A DNA stretch of 10,580 nucleotides from Candidatus Diapherotrites archaeon CG10_big_fil_rev_8_21_14_0_10_31_34 (GTDB lineage Archaea > Iainarchaeota > Iainarchaeia > Iainarchaeales > 1-14-0-10-31-34): NCBI GenBank assembly GCA_002763225.1, contig PFAI01000043.1:2751-13330 (forward strand), given 5' to 3'. Below are positions 1 to 5,151 of the stretch, in pieces. Position 1 is the first letter of the stretch, and each line of letters starts with the position of its first letter. The notes beneath the pieces were generated by a model, which was not told the origin of the DNA, did not search any database, and saw only the letters and a list, made by a program, of their open reading frames with translations. The position numbers and the translations under genes are program-made.

Positions 1-1
1 T

Positions 2-994
2 TCTTGTCTTCATTGTGCTGAAGCAAACGAAAAATTAATTGACTTAGAAGAAAAATACGGTTTTTTGGAAATCAAAAGATTTGTGTTATCTGAAAACATG
101 GATTTTGTAATGCAGCTTTATCAGGATTATGGAGTTCCTTCAAGTGAATGGGGTTATGTTCCGGTTCTATTTATTGGAGAAAAATATTATGTTGGGGACA
201 CTCCAATAATCCAGAATATTGAAGCAGACATTATTGAATTGCATAAAGCAATGCCTGTTGAACCAGAACCAATTCCTGAAACAGAGCCTGTTAAAGCAAA
301 AGTTTCTTTGGTTCAGCTTTTAGGGCTTGCATTAGTTGATGCAGTTAACCCCTGTGAATTAGCTGTTTTAGTTATTTTAATGACTGCAATTCTTTCAAGG
401 CATCCAAACAAAAAAGACAAGGCATTAAAGGCAGGGCTTGCATTCAGTTCAGCGATTTTCTTAATGTACACTTTATTTGGATTTCTAATAATCTTTGGGT
501 TTAAAACTCTTGTTGGCTTGGCTGACATCCAGACTTTATGGTTTTATAAAGTGCTTGCAGTTCTGGCAATAATTCTTGGATTGCTTAATTTAAAGGATGC
601 AGTATGGTATGGCGGCGGCGGATTTATAATGGAAGTGCCGCAAAAATGGCGCCCAAAAATGAAAGAAATAATTAAAGGAACAACTTCCACTGCAGGAGCT
701 TTTGCTGCAGGAATTATTGTAAGCTTTTTTTTGACTCCTTGTACTGCAGGCCCTTATTTTGTTTTTGGGGGAATTCTTTCAAACATGCCTTTTTTTGAAA
801 CACTTCCTTACCTGTTTATTTATATGCTGGTTTTTATTTCTCCTATGATTGCAATAACTTTAATCACTTTTTTTGGTTTTATGGTAATAGAAGATGTTGC
901 AGGCTGGAGAGAAAAAAACTTAAAAAAACTTCATTGGGTTGCAGGCCTGCTTTTGCTTGGATTAGGCTTTGCAATGCTTTTAGGCTGGATTTAA
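2..994 (+). CDS. Thioredoxin/glutaredoxin-like domain fused to a CcdA/DsbD-beta-type transmembrane electron-transfer domain (5'-partial, runs off the window edge)
   Basis: The frame is open from position 2 (SCLHCAEANEKLIDLEEKYGFLEIKRF...), giving a CxxC motif upstream of the track's TTG at 65. It also has a glutaredoxin-like YVPVLFIG, a Pro/Glu-rich linker, and multiple TM helices carrying the two CcdA-type cysteines (DAVNPCEL, LTPCTAGPY). Confidence 0.8.
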   Translation, partial: SCLHCAEANEKLIDLEEKYGFLEIKRFVLSENMDFVMQLYQDYGVPSSEWGYVPVLFIGEKYYVGDTPIIQNIEADIIELHKAMPVEPEPIPETEPVKAKVSLVQLLGLALVDAVNPCELAVLVILMTAILSRHPNKKDKALKAGLAFSSAIFLMYTLFGFLIIFGFKTLVGLADIQTLWFYKVLAVLAIILGLLNLKDAVWYGGGGFIMEVPQKWRPKMKEIIKGTTSTAGAFAAGIIVSFFLTPCTAGPYFVFGGILSNMPFFETLPYLFIYMLVFISPMIAITLITFFGFMVIEDVAGWREKNLKKLHWVAGLLLLGLGFAMLLGWI

Positions 995-999
995 TTAAT

Positions 1000-1431
1000 T
1001 TATTCACTGAATTTTGCTATTGCTATTCCTGTTCCAAGCATATACAATAAGCTTCCAATAAAAGAGCTGATTGTGAATCCAATTGGATAATCCATGCTGG
1101 TGTATACAATGAAAGCTGATGGAATTCCTGCCACAAGCCATACCATAAAACCAAAGCTTGTTCCTTTCCTTAAATAGTCTCCGCTAAATGGCTTGGAAAA
1201 AAACCTGTAAATATAGCTCATTGCAAAGCTTAACACAAAAGGATTCAAAAAAAACAAAATCATTAAAGGGTCTTCCATGCTTCTCATCCCGCCTAAACTG
1301 AAGATATCATAAGGAAAAACCTGCATTAAGAGAATGTTGTCAAAAATAAAGGAAATTATCCAGATAACTATTCCTCCAATTATTCCTGAAATCAAAAACT
1401 TTTTTGTGCCCAAAAAACACCAACTCAACAT
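1000..1431 (-). CDS. Small ~4-TM hypothetical membrane protein (DUF1761-like); true start may be TTG at 1413
   Basis: 143-aa hydrophobic ORF convergent with the CcdA gene. A GGTG SD-like motif precedes the in-frame TTG-GGC-ACA (MGTKKFLISG). Confidence 0.65.
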   Translation of the reverse strand: MLSWCFLGTKKFLISGIIGGIVIWIISFIFDNILLMQVFPYDIFSLGGMRSMEDPLMILFFLNPFVLSFAMSYIYRFFSKPFSGDYLRKGTSFGFMVWLVAGIPSAFIVYTSMDYPIGFTISSFIGSLLYMLGTGIAIAKFSE

Positions 1432-1470
1432 TAAATCAGCTTTTCTTATTTAAATTTGTTTTGGTAACTC

Positions 1471-1486
1471 GTCATTAGTTTATAAA
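1471..1486 (+). promoter_or_regulatory. Archaeal TATA box for the YdeI-like gene (probably leaderless mRNA)
   Basis: TTTATAAA at 1479-1486 starts 31 nt before ATG 1510, which has no SD. Confidence 0.55.
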
Positions 1487-1509
1487 TTTCAGCTGTTTTA
1501 TGTTATTTA

Positions 1510-2079
1510 ATGGAAATAACAAAAAAACTGTATGTAACTGAACCAAAGCAATGGCGTGAATGGCTTAAAAAAAATCATGCAAAAGAAAAAGAAGTCTGGC
1601 TTGTTTATTTTAATAAAAGCTCTGGAAAAAAAAGGATTGCATACAATGATGCAGTCAACCAAGCATTATGTTTTGGTTGGATTGATTCAACAGCAAAAAA
1701 AATTGATGAAGAAAGTTTTGTCCAAAGGTTTACTCCAAGAAACCCTAAAAGCCCTATTTCTGAAATGAACAAGGAAAGAATTAGGAGAATGATAAAGAAA
1801 AAACAAATGACTAAAATTGGATTAAATGCAGTAAAAAAATTTTTTGATTCTGAAAAAGACAAAAAAGAAAAATTTGTTGTTGCTTAAGACATAATAACTG
1901 AATTAAAGAAAAGTAAAGAATCCTGGAAAAACTTTCAGAATTTTCCTGAAGGCTACAAAAGAGTAAGAATAGGCTATATTGAATCACAAAGAAAACACAG
2001 TGTTCAGGCTTTCAAGAAAAGCTTTAAAAATTTTATTAAAAAAACTGAGCAAAACAAAAAGTTCGGCATGGTGCAATAA
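1510..2079 (+). pseudogene. YdeI/OmpD-associated (OmdA-domain) family protein interrupted by an in-frame TAA at 1885-1887
   Basis: The N-terminal part has WREWLKKNH, EVWLVYF, ALCFGWIDS and QRFTPRNPKS. After the TAA the same frame continues DIITELKKSKESWKNFQNFPEGYKRVRIGYIESQRK...KKFGMVQ* to 2079, the expected C-terminal domain. Confidence 0.8.
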
Positions 2080-2091
2080 CTGATTAAAAAA

Positions 2092-2166
2092 TGCTCCGGC
2101 CGGGATTTGAACCCGGGTCAATGCCTTGAGAGGGCACTATGCTTAACCGGACTACACTACCGGAGC
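2092..2166 (-). tRNA. tRNA-Glu (anticodon CTC)
   Basis: Cloverleaf: acceptor GCTCCGG/CCGGAGC, anticodon arm GTGCC-CTCTCAA-GGCAT, T arm CCGGG-TTCAAAT-CCCGG, discriminator A, no CCA; followed by an oligo-T run. Confidence 0.95.
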
Positions 2167-2289
2167 GGCTGCCACTGTCAGCCGGCACCAGTGCACCATC
2201 TTCGCTTCGGCTCGATGGAGCTTCACTCTTTGCAGCTCGGCTGAGCGCAAGCGAATGCCGTGCACGCATGTTAACTGGGCGTGGCAGTT
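2167..2289. repeat. 123-bp GC-rich degenerate palindrome filling the tRNA-Met/tRNA-Glu spacer (structured ncRNA or REP/MITE-like element)
   Basis: About 60% GC in an AT-rich context. Paired blocks CTGCCAC/GTGGCAG, CAG/CTG, GTGCAC/GTGCAC, TTCGCTT/AAGCGAA, GCTC/GAGC and GAGCT/AGCTC all share one dyad axis at 2228. Confidence 0.75.
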
Positions 2290-2290
2290 A

Positions 2291-2364
2291 TGCCGGTGGA
2301 GGGATATGAACCCTCGACCTTTTGATTATGAGTCAAACGCTCTACCAGGCTGAGCTACACCGGC
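2291..2364 (-). tRNA. tRNA with anticodon CAT, probably elongator tRNA-Met (Ile2 not fully excluded)
   Basis: Acceptor GCCGGTG/CACCGGC, D arm GCTC-AGCCTGGTA-GAGC, anticodon arm TTTGA-CTCATAA-TCAAA, T arm GAGGG-TTCATAT-CCCTC. It lacks the initiator A1:U72 pair and the three G-C anticodon-stem pairs. Confidence 0.9.
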
Positions 2365-2402
2365 AAAAAAAATAACAAGATTAATATTTTCTTTAAGGAA
2401 AG

Positions 2403-2410
2403 CATTTAAA
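2403..2410 (-). promoter_or_regulatory. Putative TATA box for the tRNA-Met/palindrome/tRNA-Glu transcript
   Basis: TTTAAATG on the minus strand, starting 46 nt upstream of the mature tRNA 5' end. Confidence 0.4.
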
Positions 2411-2481
2411 GAGTAATAGAATTATTTTTTTTGCAGCACGACTTTATGTCGTGCATTTTGTTACGCCTTTTGGAAAAGGAG

Positions 2482-3153
2482 TCATTCCTTTCCAATACGG
2501 CTTTTTACTTCTATTTTTCCTTTTTCGTATAATAAGATTCTGTCTGCGTAACCGACAAACAAGCCTGTTTCTAATACTCCGGGAATTTCTTTTGCCTGAA
2601 ACTCAAATTCTTCCGGAAAAGGAATTGAGTCAGTTAAAACATCGATTACATAATTTCCTGATTCAGTTTTAGTTAAGCTTTCATTTGTTTTTCTTTCTCT
2701 TGCTGCGCCCATGCTTTCCAACTGCATTTTGGTTCTCTTCCACCAAAAAGGGGAAACCTCAAATGGAACTACTCCAAACAGTTTTGAAACAAAATTTTGT
2801 TTTCTTGCAATAATAATCAAATCTTTTGCGCTTTGGGCAATCATTTTGTCTCTGACAAAACTCTTTGAATCTCTTTTAATATAATTATAATTATAGTCAA
2901 CTAAGTCAGCGAATTCTATTGCTACATCAACTTCTTTTTCATCTAAAGAGCCAATTTCCAGATTTAATTGTTTTAAAATAAAAGTTATTTCAGCTGAAGT
3001 TGGGACAATCTTTAAGTCTAGTCCTTCAATTTCTTTTCTTAAAGCCATTTTCTTCAAAAACTTTATTCCTAACTCGCTTGAGCCAATTCCAATTGTCTGG
3101 CCATGCTTAATGTATTTTTCAACTAACAATTCAATCTGGTCTTCAGGAATCAT
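2482..3153 (-). CDS. rpiA: Ribose-5-phosphate isomerase A-like protein with degenerate active-site motifs
   Basis: RpiA layout: TIGIGSS, IVPTS, VPFEVSP, GNYVID, IPGVLETGLF. The DGADE and KGGG...REK motifs are altered. GTGAT SD before the ATG. Confidence 0.75.
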   Translation of the reverse strand: MIPEDQIELLVEKYIKHGQTIGIGSSELGIKFLKKMALRKEIEGLDLKIVPTSAEITFILKQLNLEIGSLDEKEVDVAIEFADLVDYNYNYIKRDSKSFVRDKMIAQSAKDLIIIARKQNFVSKLFGVVPFEVSPFWWKRTKMQLESMGAARERKTNESLTKTESGNYVIDVLTDSIPFPEEFEFQAKEIPGVLETGLFVGYADRILLYEKGKIEVKSRIGKE

Positions 3154-3211
3154 TTAATCACTTTATATTACACTGTTTTAATTAAAAAAACTGCTGTTTT
3201 TTTTGTTTTGC

Positions 3212-3226
3212 CGTAAACCTTTAAAA
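3212..3226 (+). promoter_or_regulatory. BRE + TATA promoter of the kinase-trpB2 unit
   Basis: CGTAAACC followed by TTTAAAA (3220-3226). The TATA starts 31 nt before ATG 3251, the same spacing as the YdeI-like gene, which implies a leaderless transcript. Confidence 0.55.
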
Positions 3227-3250
3227 TTACCTTTGTTTATTATTTTATTT

Positions 3251-3283
3251 ATGAAAAGAGCTGAGTGCCTTTGGCAAAATTAA
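3251..3283 (+). other. Trp-containing leader ORF MKRAECLWQN* with candidate +1 frameshift site CTT-TGG-C (3269-3275)
   Basis: ATG AAA AGA GCT GAG TGC CTT TGG CAA AAT TAA lies at the predicted transcript start. The +1 frame is open from GGC 3273 to TAG 3366-3368. Confidence 0.55.
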
Positions 3284-3368
3284 TTCTGATTCTGTTTTAA
3301 TTAATTATAGCTCAAAAAAAATTTTTTCTGAAGGGAGCTGTCAGTACAGCGGCTGTTTTTGGCTTTAG
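3273..3368 (+). other. Second leader segment [31 protein letters not shown] with candidate +1 frameshift site TTT-TGG-C (3357-3363)
   Basis: No ATG/GTG/TTG in this segment. It ends TTT TGG CTT TAG, and a +1 slip enters GGC TTT AGT GAA GTA AAA CTA, where the kinase-like sequence begins. Confidence 0.5.
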
Positions 3369-3867
3369 TGAAGTAAAACTAATTGAATTATCTGAATTAA
3401 AGCCTCATGAAAAAATAAATAACGCAAAATTAACTGAAGTAATTAATTCAATTAAAAAGCATAAAACCCTTTTTTTTCCTGTTGTAATAGAAAAAACTAA
3501 TTTAGTTATTTTGGACGGCCATCATAGAGTTCAGGCATTCAAATTACTTGGAATAAAAAAAATTCCTTGTTTTTTAGTAAACTATTTTTCTGATGAAATA
3601 AAATTATTTAACAGGAGAAAAAATTTTAATGCAACAAAATCCGGTGTGGTTTTAAGGGCTCTGGACGAAAACCTTTTTCCCTACAAAACCACAAAGCATG
3701 TTCTTGAATTATTCAGGATAAACTATAAATTGGAGGTAAAAAAAATGCATAAAATAAATGAAATAAAAAAAACAGGAGGAAATAAAATGAAAAAAGAATT
3801 AACTGAAATAAAAACAAAAAACTCTGGTGAAGGGAGGCGTCTTTGGCGTAATACAATTGAATGCTGA
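3361..3867 (+). CDS. Compact ParB/Srx-fold protein, SerK/SbnI-like free L-serine kinase candidate; no canonical start for the full domain
   Basis: The frame is open from 3301. Motifs [36 protein letters not shown] and LFPYKTTKH resemble SerK (KPHE, DGHHR, DYF, PKTTRH). The track's start at 3511 would remove the KPHE motif. Confidence 0.7.
   Translation, partial: GFSEVKLIELSELKPHEKINNAKLTEVINSIKKHKTLFFPVVIEKTNLVILDGHHRVQAFKLLGIKKIPCFLVNYFSDEIKLFNRRKNFNATKSGVVLRALDENLFPYKTTKHVLELFRINYKLEVKKMHKINEIKKTGGNKMKKELTEIKTKNSGEGRRLWRNTIEC
3732..3789 (+). promoter_or_regulatory. Two strong SD+ATG initiation sites in the kinase frame, not the trpB2 frame
   Basis: GGAGGT (3732-3737) with ATG 3745, and GGAGGA (3775-3780) with ATG 3787. 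Both read into ...[13 protein letters not shown] ending at 3867. Confidence 0.65.
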
Positions 3868-5134
3868 TGATTTTCCAAAACATTATTATAATATTCTTCC
3901 AGACCTGCCTGAACAACTTCCTTTTCCTTTGAATCCCGAAACAATGGAACCAGTTAAACCAAAGGATTTAGAGCCATTGTTTCCAAAAGAATGTATTAAA
4001 CAGGAATTCAGTTCAGATTCACTTATAAGAATTCCAGAAGAACTAAGGGAACAATACATTTTTTTAGGGAGGCCAAGGCCTTTATACAGGGCTTTAAGGC
4101 TGGAAAAAAAATTAGGGCTTCCAAAAGGAATAGAAATCTATTATAAAAGAGAAGACTTAAGTCCTGTTGGCTCGCATAAGCCAAACACTGCTTTGGCTCA
4201 AGCATATTATGGAAAAAAGCAGGGATTTGAAAATGTTGCAACTGAAACCGGTGCAGGGCAATGGGGTTCAGCTGTTTCTTTGGCGGCAATGTTCAATGAA
4301 TTAAAAGCAGAAGTGTTTATGGTGAGAAGTTCTTTCCAGCAAAAACCTTACAGGGAAATTTTAATGAATTTGTTTGGAGCAAAAGTTTTTGCTTCTCCTT
4401 CAGAACACACAAGCATAGGAAAAAAATTATTGCAGGAAAAAAAGAATTTTAACGGCTCTTTAGGCATAGCCATAAGCGAGGCAATAGAAAAAGCTGTTTC
4501 AGATGAAAAAACTTTTTATTCTATTGGTTCTGTTTTAAACCATGTTTTAATGCATCAGACAATAATCGGCTTGGAAACAATAAAACAGTTTGAATTAATT
4601 GACAAAAAACCTGATGTATTAATCGGCTGTGTTGGGGGAGGAAGCAATTTTTCTGGAATGGTTTATCCTTTCATGGAAAAAAAACTAAAAGGAAAAGAAG
4701 ACTTTGAAGTAATTGCAGTTGAACCAAAAGCAGTTCCGACTTTAACTAAAGGAGAATACAGATATGATTTTGCAGACACAGGAAAAATGACTCCATTAAT
4801 TAAAATGTATACTATGGGTTATGACTTTATTCCAGAGCCAATTCATGCAGGAGGGCTAAGATATCACGGAGATTCTCCTTCTCTTTCTCTGCTGAAAAAA
4901 TTGGGTTTTTTGGATGCAGTGGCTTATTTACAGGAAGAAACATTTGAAGCAGCAAGAATTTTTGCAAACAGCGAAGGAATAATTCCTGCTCCGGAAACAG
5001 CTCACGCAATCAAGGCTGCAGTTGATTCAGCCTTAAAAGCAAAGAAAAACAATGAACAAAAAACAATTGTCTTTAATTTTTCTGGGCATGGCTTGCTTGA
5101 TTTGGCTGCATACAAACAAATGCAGAGGGCTTAA
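3827..5134 (+). CDS. trpB2: Tryptophan synthase beta-chain type 2 (TrpB2, PLP-dependent); probably entered by a +1 shift at 3841-3844 rather than from GTG 3827
   Basis: [29 protein letters not shown] (PLP lysine), [53 protein letters not shown]. No trpA in the window. Confidence 0.95.
   Translation: MKGGVFGVIQLNADDFPKHYYNILPDLPEQLPFPLNPETMEPVKPKDLEPLFPKECIKQEFSSDSLIRIPEELREQYIFLGRPRPLYRALRLEKKLGLPKGIEIYYKREDLSPVGSHKPNTALAQAYYGKKQGFENVATETGAGQWGSAVSLAAMFNELKAEVFMVRSSFQQKPYREILMNLFGAKVFASPSEHTSIGKKLLQEKKNFNGSLGIAISEAIEKAVSDEKTFYSIGSVLNHVLMHQTIIGLETIKQFELIDKKPDVLIGCVGGGSNFSGMVYPFMEKKLKGKEDFEVIAVEPKAVPTLTKGEYRYDFADTGKMTPLIKMYTMGYDFIPEPIHAGGLRYHGDSPSLSLLKKLGFLDAVAYLQEETFEAARIFANSEGIIPAPETAHAIKAAVDSALKAKKNNEQKTIVFNFSGHGLLDLAAYKQMQRA
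3832..3847 (+). promoter_or_regulatory. prfB-like +1 programmed frameshift cassette with a Trp codon: GGGAGG-CGT-CTT-TGG-C
   Basis: Internal SD, 3-nt spacer, P-site CTT(T), A-site TGG. The +1 frame is trpB2 and the zero frame stops at TGA 3865-3867. Confidence 0.7.
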
Positions 5135-5148
5135 TGCCCTCTTTTTTT
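5124..5148 (+). terminator. Hairpin + oligo-T terminator after trpB2
   Basis: AGAGGGC-TTAAT-GCCCTCT followed by a T run, between convergent genes. Confidence 0.65.
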
Positions 5149-5151
5149 ATT

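Noticed and set aside
1885..1887. Stop-codon reassignment (TAA or TGA read as sense)
   Set aside because: TAA and TGA both end intact genes in this window at their expected C-termini.
2084..2269. 61-aa minus-strand ORF
   Set aside because: It overlaps tRNA-Glu and the palindrome, so it is an artefact of GC-rich RNA sequence.
2167..2290. 5S rRNA, SRP RNA, H/ACA guide or attC identity for the inter-tRNA element
   Set aside because: The size fits 5S, but there is no CCGAAC loop C or helix II pairing and no SRP helix-8 motif. An ACA follows a short stem but there is no clean K-turn. The RYYYAAC/GTTRRRY attC ends are absent.
3843..3851. TTG after GGAGG as the trpB2 start
   Set aside because: It is out of frame and reads TTG GCG TAA.
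4191..5106. Further TTTGGC words inside trpB2
   Set aside because: They are read as TTG GCN (Leu-Ala) with TGG out of frame. This shows the hexamer alone is not diagnostic.
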